Virus record (IMG/VR): IMGVR_UViG_3300025437_000009
Source: a virus
Lineage: Duplodnaviria > Caudoviricetes
Reading direction: 5' to 3' (one strand)
Length of the DNA stretch: 64,000 bases
Shown here: positions 10,170 through 20,846 of the stretch, one piece after another
Numbering within the stretch: position 1 is the stretch's first letter
Layout of the letters: every line of letters starts with the position of its first letter
Notes under the pieces: generated by a model
Databases searched by the model: none
Seen by the model: only the letters and a program-made list of their open reading frames with translations
What the model was told of the DNA's origin: nothing
Translations under genes and position numbers: made by a program

Positions 10170-11547
10170 ATCAGATTTTATGGCATCAGCTGAGTGGATG
10201 AAGGAGAATCTAGGTCCTGCACTCTGTTTGGCTAAATGGAAACAAGTGAGCCTACACTTGCCCACAGGACTTAATAACTCCTGTTACCATCCACCCCTAC
10301 ATCCAATTGATGCTGACGCATTAAAAGATAATCCTGGCGCATTACATAATACTGAGCATAAGAAACAGCAACGTGTTATCATGCTTAAGAATGAAAAACC
10401 TAGTGAATGTAGTTACTGCTGGAATATAGAAGCACACGATCAATTAAGTGATCGACACTATCGATCAGGAGAACCGTGGGCTGCTGAAGACTATGAAGTA
10501 ATTAAAAATTCCACAGGAGAAGAAGATGACGTTATTCCAAGTTATGTTGAAGTTAATTTTAATCACGCCTGCAATCTCGCTTGTAGCTATTGCAGTCCAC
10601 AATTTAGTAGTTCCTGGGCACAAGAGGTTGAACGTTGGGGAGCCTATCCGACATCAAGTCCTCATAATGATCCCAGCCATTTTGTGGGTCGTAATCGTCC
10701 TATCCCTGCAAGAGAGGACAACCCCTATGTCGATGCCTTCTGGCAGTGGTGGCCAGAATTGTACCCAAAGCTCAAACACTTCCGGATGACTGGTGGTGAA
10801 CCACTAATGGATCGAAATACCTATCGGGTATTTGATTATGTCCTGGCTCTACCCAACCCCGAACTACACCTAAATGTAACCAGTAACTTTTCAGTAGATG
10901 ACTCCCTGTTTGAAAAATATTTGGGCTATGTTAAACAATTATGTAACACAAACATAGAACACTTTATGCAGTATGTTAGTTTAGACTCCGGCAAATATCA
11001 ACACGCTGAGTACATTAGACACGGACTAAACTTTCACCGTATGCAAAATAATGTACATAGATTCTTACACGAGATTCCATATCGCAATAGTCTTACATTT
11101 ATTATTACAATGAATAATCTAAGCGTGTTGGGCATACAGCAACAGTTAGAATGGATTCTTAACCTCCGCAAGTCTTATAGCACAACTTATCAACGTGTTT
11201 GGTTTGATACACCACTATTACGCCAACCTTCTTGGCAAAGTTTACAAATACTCCCAGAAGTCTATGTAGGAGTACTAGAACGTGTAGCAGACTGGATGGA
11301 ACTACATTTAGAAACACCAGACAAGCCATTTCAAGGCTTTAAAGATTACGAAGTACAACGTATGCGTCGTGACATAGATTGGATGAAAGAAGGTAGCAAA
11401 CTTGATCCAGAATATGTTAAACTACAAAGAGCAGATTTTTATCGTTTCTTTAACGAACACGATAAACGACGGAATACTGATTTTTTAACAACCTTCCCCG
11501 AAATGAAGGAATTTTGGAGCCAATGCCGATACTATGCCCAAAATTAA
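10162..11547 (+). CDS. Radical SAM protein with N-terminal auxiliary Cys cluster (Twitch/SPASM-like)
   Basis: CNLACSYC (CxxxCxxC), TGGEPL; N-terminal CLAKW..SCYH..CSYCW. Confidence 0.9.
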   Translation: MSKSDFMASAEWMKENLGPALCLAKWKQVSLHLPTGLNNSCYHPPLHPIDADALKDNPGALHNTEHKKQQRVIMLKNEKPSECSYCWNIEAHDQLSDRHYRSGEPWAAEDYEVIKNSTGEEDDVIPSYVEVNFNHACNLACSYCSPQFSSSWAQEVERWGAYPTSSPHNDPSHFVGRNRPIPAREDNPYVDAFWQWWPELYPKLKHFRMTGGEPLMDRNTYRVFDYVLALPNPELHLNVTSNFSVDDSLFEKYLGYVKQLCNTNIEHFMQYVSLDSGKYQHAEYIRHGLNFHRMQNNVHRFLHEIPYRNSLTFIITMNNLSVLGIQQQLEWILNLRKSYSTTYQRVWFDTPLLRQPSWQSLQILPEVYVGVLERVADWMELHLETPDKPFQGFKDYEVQRMRRDIDWMKEGSKLDPEYVKLQRADFYRFFNEHDKRRNTDFLTTFPEMKEFWSQCRYYAQN

Positions 11548-11817
11548 TTTAAAAGAAAAAATAGTATTTGGGAAAAAATAGTTAAAAATATAAACACATT
11601 AGCTGATCGATATGGCGGGTATTCCTGTATACAAATAAACACCGTACTACAACGTGACAATATCAATCATTTATTAGAACTAGGGCAATGGATAGAAAGC
11701 ACAGGAATCACACGCTGGACATTGTCCGAACTTGGCCCAACCCTTGGATTTAATCCAATTGGCCAATATCATTATCAAAATTGTGAAAAAAGTAATAGTT
11801 CCGGAAGAACTATTTAA
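11548..11817 (+). pseudogene. Remnant of a radical SAM gene (C-terminal barrel fragment, no start codon)
   Basis: Open frame right after the 11547 stop reads FKRKNSIWEKIVKNINTLADRYGGYSCIQINTVLQRDNINHLLELGQW, resembling the W..V.KN...I.INTV....N segment of the flanking enzymes; no CxxxCxxC. Confidence 0.6.
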
Positions 11818-11868
11818 ATTATCGATAGTATCAACAAATATAAAAAGTGTAAACTTACTTAAAAAAAT

Positions 11869-13218
11869 ATGCCAAGACTCAACAACGAAACAGATTTAGA
11901 ATATAAACGTAGAGTAATCGATATTAAATCAGACTCATTTTGTGGTGCCAAATGGTACAATGCTACCATATGGTTGGGATCAGGACAGACTACAAGTTGC
12001 CATCACCCACTGCCACATAAAGTTGCAGTAGAAGATATACTAAATAATCCTAAAGCACTACATAATACACTAACAAAGAAAAAAGAACGTGCTCAAATGC
12101 AACAGGGCGAACGCCCAGGCGGTTGTGAGTATTGTTGGAAAATAGAGGACATTGGCCGTGACAACATCAGTGATAGAGTATATAAAACAGTTATCTATTC
12201 AGACGAAGACCTGGATCAAGCATATAACCTTCCAGCAGATGCAGACGTGGATTTACAAACTTTGGAAATTGCATTCGATCGTACCTGTAATTTTGCTTGC
12301 TCTTACTGTAACCCTGCTTTCAGTTCAACTTGGGTTAATGATTTGGATCGCAACGGCCCTTACACAGGGTTGGTTAGTGATGGCCGAAATCATTTTACTC
12401 ACGGTCATGATAGCAGTCAACTTTATCGCTTTAATGAAAGCAATCCTTACGTGGATGCCTTCTTTAAATGGTGGGAATCAGACCTCCATAGAACACTAAA
12501 AGAACTGCGACTAACGGGTGGCGAGCCGCTTATGTCAGGCGACACGTGGAAGTTATTAAACTGGTTTAAAAACAATGACACTGATATGAAGTTTGCTATG
12601 AACAGCAATCTTGGTGCCAAGGATGAGCTAATTGATCGATTAATTGATGCAACGCATTCGATCAAACACTTTCATTTGTATACTAGTAATGAATCAATCA
12701 GTCAACAAAGCGAATATATTCGTGATGGACTAGTTTGGGATAACTGGGCCAACAATGTAGAAAAAATATTGACTAACGGTAGACTTGAAGGATTTCACAT
12801 GATGTGTACCGTTAACGCATTATGCTTAGACAGTTTGGTTAGTTTTTTAGAATGTGTAATGAATTGGAAACGTGAGTATGGAAAAGACTTTCCTACGTTT
12901 ACACTAAATATTTTACGCTTCCCAAGTTTTCAATCACCCCTAGTATTACCGGATTCAATTAGGACTTACTATAGAGAACAATTACAGGAATGGTTTGATC
13001 AAAATGCCTACGATGATTGTATGCATCAAATGGAACGTAATCAGTTACGTAGATTAATTGATTACCTTGATGTAGTTAAAACACCCCACGTAGGTGCAGC
13101 AGAGCAATCAGTCCTACAACAAGATTTTAAAAAGTTTTACACTCAGTATGACCAACGTCGCGGTAAAAACTTTGCCCAAACGTTCCCAAATTTAGAAGAA
13201 TGGTACAATAGTATATGA
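11869..13218 (+). CDS. Radical SAM protein with N-terminal auxiliary Cys cluster
   Basis: CNFACSYC, TGGEPL; FCGAKW..SCHH..CEYCW; close paralog of 10162..11547. Confidence 0.9.
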   Translation: MPRLNNETDLEYKRRVIDIKSDSFCGAKWYNATIWLGSGQTTSCHHPLPHKVAVEDILNNPKALHNTLTKKKERAQMQQGERPGGCEYCWKIEDIGRDNISDRVYKTVIYSDEDLDQAYNLPADADVDLQTLEIAFDRTCNFACSYCNPAFSSTWVNDLDRNGPYTGLVSDGRNHFTHGHDSSQLYRFNESNPYVDAFFKWWESDLHRTLKELRLTGGEPLMSGDTWKLLNWFKNNDTDMKFAMNSNLGAKDELIDRLIDATHSIKHFHLYTSNESISQQSEYIRDGLVWDNWANNVEKILTNGRLEGFHMMCTVNALCLDSLVSFLECVMNWKREYGKDFPTFTLNILRFPSFQSPLVLPDSIRTYYREQLQEWFDQNAYDDCMHQMERNQLRRLIDYLDVVKTPHVGAAEQSVLQQDFKKFYTQYDQRRGKNFAQTFPNLEEWYNSI

Positions 13219-14552
13219 CAGAACGTCAAAAAGAGTTTTATAAAAAGGGCTATGACTATATGTCAAAGAAGCCTATCTATATCAGTGAAGATAAACTAAC
13301 AGAAGAACAGACACGCAGATTAACTAGCGATAAACACTTTTGTATACTACCTTGGGTGCATACACATGCTTTCCCGGATGGTCGTACTTATCCCTGTTGT
13401 CTAGCAGATTACTGGCATCCCGTCGGAGACCTGCGCAAAAATACCATGGAAGAAATTTGGAACCAAGATGGTTACAAGACTATGCGACGTAACATGCTAG
13501 AGGATAAACCTTGCAAGGAATGTACCAAATGCTATGAACAAGAAGCCAGCGGCTTTTTCAGTATGCGTAACGAAGCAAATAGAAACTTAGGACACTACAT
13601 AAATGACGTTGATCAAACCCTCGACGATGGCACGCATCCTGAATTCAAAATTAGGTATTGGGATATCCGTTTTAGCAATCTCTGCAATTTCAGCTGTCGT
13701 ACCTGCGGTCCTATTTTCAGTAGCAACTGGTACAACGATCATGTCAAGCTATATAATCGCAAGCCAGATGTTCTTGGTCGCGACATGCTACGAGTGGAAT
13801 ACGCAGCAGGAGACGAAGAATCGATAATGAAACAGATGGAGCCTCATATTCCATATATGGAGCAGGTATATTTTGCTGGTGGTGAGCCACTTATTATGAA
13901 GGAACATTATTTCTTATTAGATAAATTGTTGGAACGCGATAAAACTAATACTCGACTAATCTACAATACAAACTTTAGTGAATTACATTTTAAAGACAAA
14001 CATGTATTTGACTATTGGAAAAAATTTGAAACAGTAAATGTAGGAGCAAGTCTAGATGCATCATATGCACGAGGAGAACTAATACGTAAAGGTACTGATT
14101 GGAATCAAACAGTTGAAAATCGTCGGCGTATGAAAGAAGAAGTTCCGCATGTGGATTTTTATATTAGCTCTACTATTAGTGTTATGAATGTGTTGCATGT
14201 ACTAGATTTTCATAAAGAGTGGGTTGAATTAGGGTTAATAGATCCAAAAGATTTTAATGTTAATATTTTACAAGGACCTAAATGGTATCGAATTGACATA
14301 CTACCTGAATGGTTTAAACAAGAAGTAGTCATACCAGCTTATAGAAAACATATTGAGTGGTTAGATCCCCTAGACAAACTACGTCGTGCTACTGTTGGAT
14401 TTGAAAGTGTTATTAACTTTATGTCTAATCCAGGAAATAAAAATGACTGGGACAAGTTCATTAAAGAAACTTATGTCTTGGATACCTTACGTAAAGAAAA
14501 ATTTTGGGACACGTTTCCAGAATTAATACCAGCAAAAAATGCTACAGTATAA
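13215..14552 (+). CDS. Radical SAM protein with N-terminal auxiliary Cys cluster
   Basis: CNFSCRTC, AGGEPL; FCILPW..YPCC..CTKC. Confidence 0.9.
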   Translation: MTERQKEFYKKGYDYMSKKPIYISEDKLTEEQTRRLTSDKHFCILPWVHTHAFPDGRTYPCCLADYWHPVGDLRKNTMEEIWNQDGYKTMRRNMLEDKPCKECTKCYEQEASGFFSMRNEANRNLGHYINDVDQTLDDGTHPEFKIRYWDIRFSNLCNFSCRTCGPIFSSNWYNDHVKLYNRKPDVLGRDMLRVEYAAGDEESIMKQMEPHIPYMEQVYFAGGEPLIMKEHYFLLDKLLERDKTNTRLIYNTNFSELHFKDKHVFDYWKKFETVNVGASLDASYARGELIRKGTDWNQTVENRRRMKEEVPHVDFYISSTISVMNVLHVLDFHKEWVELGLIDPKDFNVNILQGPKWYRIDILPEWFKQEVVIPAYRKHIEWLDPLDKLRRATVGFESVINFMSNPGNKNDWDKFIKETYVLDTLRKEKFWDTFPELIPAKNATV

Positions 14553-15525
14553 AAATCTACGTAGTGTACATTTAGAAATTAGCAGCCGTTGTAATGCTGC
14601 TTGTCCAGATTGCCTGCGTAACTTTCGTGGTGTTGATGTGATGGATACATATCCTGTATGTGATATGACTCTAGATCAGTTCCAGCAGATTTTTACTCAA
14701 GACTTCCTACAGCAATTACAGCATTTCACAATTAATGGTAACTACGGTGACTTTGTTACAGCACGTGACGGTCTAGAGATTGTTGAGTATATGCTCAAAG
14801 TTAATCCCAGGATTCAGGTAGAAATCAGCACAAATGCTAGTGCAAGACCAAAGTTATGGGAACCCCTTGGTCGATTGGGTGTAACTGTTTACTTCCGTTT
14901 AGATGGACTAGCAGATACGCATCACTTATACAGACAAAATACAGACTTTAATTTTATTTTAGATAACGCCAAGAAATTTATTGCCGCTGGTGGCCGTGCA
15001 GTATGGGCAATGATTAAGTTTGATCATAACGAACATCAAATTGATGAATGTAAGCAAATGTCCCAGGATTTGGGATTTGATCGTTTTGATCTAGTAGATG
15101 CTGGTCGCAATACAATGCCAGTGTTTAACAGCGAACGTCAACTGACTCACACAATTGGCAATTGGCAGGGTAGTACAGACTTTGACAAATTGTTTACATC
15201 TTATTCTTACTATAAAATAGAACCTGATATTGCTATACGCAATGAGACTGAAAATCGTACAGTAGACTGCTATGCTAAACGTCAGCAAGAAATTTATGTA
15301 GCCAGCAATGGGGAAGTGTACCCTTGCTGTTGGTTAGGTTACTATCCTTTGCATAGTAACGCAAGACCCAGTAACATACAATTAAAACCCCTAATCAAAA
15401 ACAACAATGCACTAGAATACGGATTAGAAACTGCCATTGGATGGTTCAATGCTATAGAAGAAACTTGGGATCGTACAGTACCCGAGGGAAAAATTTATGA
15501 GTGTAATAAAACCTGTGGAAAATAA
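14539..15525 (+). CDS. Radical SAM protein with C-terminal SPASM/Twitch-like domain
   Basis: CNAACPDC near the N-terminus; C-terminal DCYA..GEVYPCCW..ECNKTC. Confidence 0.9.
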   Translation: MLQYKNLRSVHLEISSRCNAACPDCLRNFRGVDVMDTYPVCDMTLDQFQQIFTQDFLQQLQHFTINGNYGDFVTARDGLEIVEYMLKVNPRIQVEISTNASARPKLWEPLGRLGVTVYFRLDGLADTHHLYRQNTDFNFILDNAKKFIAAGGRAVWAMIKFDHNEHQIDECKQMSQDLGFDRFDLVDAGRNTMPVFNSERQLTHTIGNWQGSTDFDKLFTSYSYYKIEPDIAIRNETENRTVDCYAKRQQEIYVASNGEVYPCCWLGYYPLHSNARPSNIQLKPLIKNNNALEYGLETAIGWFNAIEETWDRTVPEGKIYECNKTCGK

Positions 15526-16732
15526 CTTACCTAAAACAATTTGTATGCTACCGTGGGTTAGTATTGAAACTAGCCCACTAGGTACTACACGTCCTTGCTG
15601 TTTGGCTAACGATGAGATTGTAGATGATACAGGTCGCAAGTATGATTTAAACGAAACTAATCTTGAAGTTATATATCATAGTGAGTATATGCAGGATCTG
15701 CGTCGTCAGTTTCGTCGGGGAGAAAAACCAGAAACTTGTAATCGTTGCTGGACTGAAGAAGCCGCAGGACGTGATAGCAAACGCATACATACACAAATTC
15801 GTTTAAAAGAATTATATCAACAGGTGGACTGGGCCAATGACAATCCTGATCAACTATGGTTTGTTGACTTAAAACTGGGTAATATTTGTAATCTTAAATG
15901 TCGTATCTGTGGATCATGGTCCAGCAGTAAGTGGGCCGAAGAAGAAATGAACTATGTTAAGGCTCATACTAATCCCAAAGAACACATTGCCTACACTTGG
16001 TTAAAGCAAGGTGCTTGGCCACGTAAGACAACAACCTTTTGGGATAACCTACGTGAGTTATTACCTAATATCCGTTACTTTGAATTTACCGGTGGCGAAC
16101 CTTGGATGATACAAGAACATTTTGATCTATTACAATACGCTGTGGATCAAGGTTACAGTAAAAACATTGACATACACTACAATACCAATGCTACACAAGA
16201 TCCTTTACCACACGCAGAATTATGGCATCAATTTGGACGTGTGGATATTGCATTTAGCATTGACAACGTAGGCGATCGTTTCGAGTACGAACGCTATGGC
16301 GCTGACTGGCAACGTGCAAATGAAATAGTTGATGAAGTTCATACCCTACGTGACGGATATGGGTCCAACATTACTACACAGTTATGCTTTACTATCAACA
16401 TACAGAATGTGTACTACCTAGATGAATTGTTGGCCTGGGCAGATACCAAACCCTGGACCAGCATATACTTTAATATGTTACACGACCCTAGTTATATGAA
16501 TATACAACATATGACTCCTCAAGCACAGGAACTTGTGTTAAACAAATTAAAGAAAATTTTTTGGGCTAACAAGTTCTATCAAAAAGAAATTGATCGAGTT
16601 ATACAGTTTATTGAAAACGGCTCGGGTAGCGACGGCGAACGATTCTTGTTTGAAATGAAACGCACTGATGCGTATCGTAAACAAAACTTCGCGGACACAC
16701 ATCCAGAAATAGCTAGGACTATGGGATATTAG
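15497..16732 (+). CDS. Radical SAM protein with N-terminal auxiliary Cys cluster
   Basis: CNLKCRIC, TGGEPW; ICMLPW..RPCC..CNRCW. Confidence 0.9.
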   Translation: MSVIKPVENNLPKTICMLPWVSIETSPLGTTRPCCLANDEIVDDTGRKYDLNETNLEVIYHSEYMQDLRRQFRRGEKPETCNRCWTEEAAGRDSKRIHTQIRLKELYQQVDWANDNPDQLWFVDLKLGNICNLKCRICGSWSSSKWAEEEMNYVKAHTNPKEHIAYTWLKQGAWPRKTTTFWDNLRELLPNIRYFEFTGGEPWMIQEHFDLLQYAVDQGYSKNIDIHYNTNATQDPLPHAELWHQFGRVDIAFSIDNVGDRFEYERYGADWQRANEIVDEVHTLRDGYGSNITTQLCFTINIQNVYYLDELLAWADTKPWTSIYFNMLHDPSYMNIQHMTPQAQELVLNKLKKIFWANKFYQKEIDRVIQFIENGSGSDGERFLFEMKRTDAYRKQNFADTHPEIARTMGY

Positions 16733-17965
16733 ATGATTAAGAAATTAATTACTCGATCTAGATATGAATCGTTTGCAGGTTCGTCTTGGCCTAGCTACGA
16801 AGAATTTCAAACCGGTAATTATAATTCCAATTCAAATATACAAAAAGAAATTGACGAGTTTATCAAGTTGATGCATGATGAATTAAAATTTTTAGATAAT
16901 ACAGAAATAAATTTAAAAACTTCAGAAACAAGTAGTTGGCAAACTAAAGAACGTCCCTTAACATGGAACATAGTAAATCATGATTTATTGTATAAAAGAA
17001 AAATAAAAAACTTACCGTCTAGTAAAAGCGGAATACAAACAGTTTGTTCTAAACCGTTTAGCAATATTTCAATTGATTTTGATGGTCGTATTTTTTTATG
17101 CGATTGCCCAGGCTGGTTGCCTTTTCCTGTGGGACACGTGACAGAGTTTAACTCAGCAGCTGAAGTATTTGATCATCCCACAGCAATAGAGATACAAAAT
17201 TCTATCTTAGACAAAATTTATAATTTTTGTGATGTCGACACCTGCAGACTGCCAAAAGACGGTTCAACAACGATCGTCCGTAGTCCCGTTAGGTTATACG
17301 TTGGTATAGATAAAAGTTGTAATTTAACTTGCCCTAGTTGCAGAGAACGTCCGTTGTTTTTCAAAGAAGGTGAAGAAGTGGAAAAACGTAAAAAATGGGC
17401 TGACCATATATGTAATTGGATTACAGCTGATCAAACAAAGTCTTGGACTATTATAATTGGTGCCGACGGAGATCCTTTTGTTAGTTATGTATACGAATAT
17501 CTATTAGAAAAGTTGCAATTATTAAACAATATAACTTTTGAATTTATGACAAACGGGTTATTTTTAAAAAGACAGTTAAGTAAGTTAGCTCCAGAGTTTT
17601 TATCTAAAATTAAATCAATCAATGTAAGTATTGATGCAGCCACAGAAGAAACATATAAAATAATTCGACGTGGCGGAAATTGGAAACACCTAATAGAAAA
17701 TTTAGAATATCTACAGGAAATATCAATCAGCAATAATATACAAACTGTTGGAAATTTAATTATACAAGAGGGCAATTTTACAGAAGCCGTTGGGTTTGTT
17801 GACTTATGCAAACACTATAACATGAAACCAAATCTTACATTGATTGAAGATTGGGGAACTTGGCACGATTTTGCAAAACATGCGGTGCATCATTCAGACC
17901 ACCCTCGATATAGCGAATTTGTTAAAGTATTTTCTGATTCAAAATTACAATTTTTTAAACCATGA
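16733..17965 (+). CDS. Radical SAM protein (AT-rich, divergent member)
   Basis: CNLTCPSC, GDPF, SIDAATEETY.IIRRGG.W; VCSKPF..FLCDC..FC...C; extra N-terminal WPSYEEF segment. Confidence 0.88.
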   Translation: MIKKLITRSRYESFAGSSWPSYEEFQTGNYNSNSNIQKEIDEFIKLMHDELKFLDNTEINLKTSETSSWQTKERPLTWNIVNHDLLYKRKIKNLPSSKSGIQTVCSKPFSNISIDFDGRIFLCDCPGWLPFPVGHVTEFNSAAEVFDHPTAIEIQNSILDKIYNFCDVDTCRLPKDGSTTIVRSPVRLYVGIDKSCNLTCPSCRERPLFFKEGEEVEKRKKWADHICNWITADQTKSWTIIIGADGDPFVSYVYEYLLEKLQLLNNITFEFMTNGLFLKRQLSKLAPEFLSKIKSINVSIDAATEETYKIIRRGGNWKHLIENLEYLQEISISNNIQTVGNLIIQEGNFTEAVGFVDLCKHYNMKPNLTLIEDWGTWHDFAKHAVHHSDHPRYSEFVKVFSDSKLQFFKP

Positions 17966-19254
17966 ACAAACCAGAAACACTATGCATGGCTCCGTGGACT
18001 CATACTTATTTGAGTCCACAAACAGAAAGACGTATGTGTTGTGCGTCGCGTGAACCAGCGCAAAACTTTGAGCAGTACATAGACACATCCAGCGGAACTG
18101 GTCGTTACATTCCTGTAACATTAGATGAACATTGGAATAGTGAACATATGAAAAGTGTGCGACAACGCATGATGGCTGGCGAAACATTGCCCGAGTGCGA
18201 AGTATGCAATGATAAGTTGCTCAATACTGACATTTACCGTAGTTATTTTAACCAGCTGTTTGGGCATAAGTATTTACAAGCCATGGAGCAGACTGATGCC
18301 TCAGGCTACACGACAATGAAGCCAGTATCGTGGGATTACAGATTTAGCAACCTTTGTAATTTTAAGTGCCGCATGTGCGGTGACATGTTGAGTAGTGCTT
18401 GGGAGAGCGAGCAGAAACAACACGGGATGATCGACTTGACGAATCCAAAAAATAACTGGATGCGTCCTGAAGTCAAGGTAGAAATAGAAAAGTTTCAAGA
18501 CACCCAGGTAGAGCAAGAGTTTGCTACTGCTGTTGAGGAGCACCGAGTGGAAGAGGTGTATTGGGTGGGAGGTGAGCCGTTAATGTACGAACAGCACTGG
18601 CGTTACATGAAACGGATTATTGAACTTGGAGATGGAAAAAATGTTTACGCTAGATACAACACTAATCTTAGTCGCATCAATTATCGCGGTATCAATCTGT
18701 ATAGGGATATTTTATCTGGGCTACGTGACTGGCAAATCTGCGCAAGCATCGATGGCACGGGCCGAATTGGAGAGTATATTAGAACAGGTCTTAATTTTGA
18801 TGAGTGGCTTAAGAACATCACTGAAGGACTTGCGTACAGCAGTCACCGCCGCCAAATCCGTTTGGACTTCACTCTTACTACACCAGGACTCTTTGAAGTT
18901 CAAAAGATACAAGAACTCGCGCAAAAACTTGGAGTAGACGTTTTAGCAAAGGTGGTGTTCTCTTTTTCACCGGACATTGTTATGTCACCGCTAGCACTAC
19001 CTAGGGAAGTATTACATCCTTGGATAGACGAAATCTTGCACACCATTGATAAAGGTGCCCTACACGACATATTAGTCCAACTGAAAACTAGACCCACTTT
19101 TGCTGAACAATGGCCCGACACGTATCAAACAGGACTCCAAAAGGGCAAACGCCGCATATTAGAACTTGAAAAAATTCGAAAAGACCAGTATACTTTTAGA
19201 GATATTATGGCTCTAAGACCACAAGTACTGGAATGGTATGACTCAATCAATTAA
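17962..19254 (+). CDS. Radical SAM protein with N-terminal auxiliary Cys cluster
   Basis: CNFKCRMC, VGGEPL; LCMAPW..RMCC..CEVC. Confidence 0.9.
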   Translation: MNKPETLCMAPWTHTYLSPQTERRMCCASREPAQNFEQYIDTSSGTGRYIPVTLDEHWNSEHMKSVRQRMMAGETLPECEVCNDKLLNTDIYRSYFNQLFGHKYLQAMEQTDASGYTTMKPVSWDYRFSNLCNFKCRMCGDMLSSAWESEQKQHGMIDLTNPKNNWMRPEVKVEIEKFQDTQVEQEFATAVEEHRVEEVYWVGGEPLMYEQHWRYMKRIIELGDGKNVYARYNTNLSRINYRGINLYRDILSGLRDWQICASIDGTGRIGEYIRTGLNFDEWLKNITEGLAYSSHRRQIRLDFTLTTPGLFEVQKIQELAQKLGVDVLAKVVFSFSPDIVMSPLALPREVLHPWIDEILHTIDKGALHDILVQLKTRPTFAEQWPDTYQTGLQKGKRRILELEKIRKDQYTFRDIMALRPQVLEWYDSIN

Positions 19255-20323
19255 AGTAGTACTGCGAAATCCTTTAAATTATAATGACCAAATTGATTAT
19301 ACAATTGAATCTTTTGATCACGAGTTATCGCATGATTGGATACAAGCACTCAAGGGACTACTACAGTCAAAAAACCTATTAGAAAAAAATTACTGTTTTA
19401 TGGGTTTTCCTAAAACAGCTCGCACATTAGAATACCTATGTGGAGAAGTAAATCTAGCAGCGGCAACTATAAACAATTTTTTCAGTGACTATCGAATTGA
19501 GGAAGTATATACTCCCGATAATGTAGTTGGATTTGACTACGCTGACCATGGTGTAAATCATGAGATGTTAAATACTCTACATAATCATTTTGAAAGACTG
19601 CAAGGAACTGTTTGGAATTTAAGTGATTATTATCGTCGGGCCGATTACGATACAAAGTACGCAATACGTCAATTGAATAATCTATGTCACGAAATAGAAA
19701 ATTTAATTCTCAGCAAACGTAAAGAACGAGAATTACCTTATTGGGTTCGTCCGAGCCAAATTACTACATTCATTAACAGTCCTCGATTAGATTTAAAAGA
19801 CTCGCATAGGCAAGGATTTGTTACCAATGGTTATAACCGTGTGCTAGGTGGAGTTTATATGCACTGGACACAGATAGGCAAAACTCTATATGAAGTATTC
19901 CGAGATGAACATGCTCCTAAACTAACTGACACAGTATGCGAAGCTATTACAGAATTACGCTACTACTCAGGAGAATTTGATGTAGAGTGGGGCAATGATG
20001 TAGTACTCAATGGTGGACATCCGTGGCATGATCGAGAACAAGAAGATTTTTGTTATTGGTTAATGGCCAATGGGCGCGATCCACTAGATCCCAAACTAAG
20101 TTTGGGATATTTGCCACTGGGACAGATAAAGTTATTGGAAAGTTTTGGCACCACTGATTACAAGGAAATTTGGAATACCTTGTCCGACCATTTGGACATT
20201 TATCAAATTGAAGTAGATGGAGTTGTAAGTACGTTTGACTACTGCTGGACTGACAGCAACTACAAGCAAATGCAAATTGACATGATGAAACCTGGATATG
20301 ATTACAGTTCTCGCCGGGGGTGA
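19238..20323 (+). CDS. Hypothetical protein
   Basis: 361 aa ORF overlapping both neighbours; no motif recognised. Confidence 0.75.
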   Translation: MTQSIKVVLRNPLNYNDQIDYTIESFDHELSHDWIQALKGLLQSKNLLEKNYCFMGFPKTARTLEYLCGEVNLAAATINNFFSDYRIEEVYTPDNVVGFDYADHGVNHEMLNTLHNHFERLQGTVWNLSDYYRRADYDTKYAIRQLNNLCHEIENLILSKRKERELPYWVRPSQITTFINSPRLDLKDSHRQGFVTNGYNRVLGGVYMHWTQIGKTLYEVFRDEHAPKLTDTVCEAITELRYYSGEFDVEWGNDVVLNGGHPWHDREQEDFCYWLMANGRDPLDPKLSLGYLPLGQIKLLESFGTTDYKEIWNTLSDHLDIYQIEVDGVVSTFDYCWTDSNYKQMQIDMMKPGYDYSSRRG

Positions 20324-20846
20324 TAGTTTCGTTTGGGGCAGTGAGTTAGCTGATAGCCCGCATGGTGGAGCTGATGGCTTTAGTAAGCAGACATTTACTG
20401 CCCTACTAGGGGATCGTTATATCTGTGCCGCATACCCAGGGTTGGGCAATAGGGAAATAGCTTATCGTGTAAGAGATGCCCTAATATACACTCGCCCAGA
20501 TATTGTTGTAGTTTGCTGGACTTGGCCTGGTAGAGATAATATGTTGGATAGTGATCACTACATAAAAGGACTGCAAGCACACCTGGTTTATCATAATATT
20601 CCTTATATGTTTACCTGTGCTGACAACTGTGTTGTAACAGGTAAATTGGATTACGATAATTGGTACATGTTCCCACCAGGACAAGAGCTATGGGAAACCA
20701 CACAGCCAAGAGGTTTTTATCAGTGGGCAGTAGAGAATAAATACCCTGTAGGACCTGAACATCATCCACTAGAATTAGCACATCAAGATGCTGCTAAATT
20801 AATGAAAGAAAAATTCAATGCAATGGTTAAAAAATCTATACAATAG
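20298..20846 (+). CDS. SGNH/GDSL-fold hydrolase or O-acyltransferase-like protein
   Basis: GGDSF..G, YPGLGN, C-terminal HHPLELAH. Confidence 0.6.
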   Translation: MITVLAGGDSFVWGSELADSPHGGADGFSKQTFTALLGDRYICAAYPGLGNREIAYRVRDALIYTRPDIVVVCWTWPGRDNMLDSDHYIKGLQAHLVYHNIPYMFTCADNCVVTGKLDYDNWYMFPPGQELWETTQPRGFYQWAVENKYPVGPEHHPLELAHQDAAKLMKEKFNAMVKKSIQ

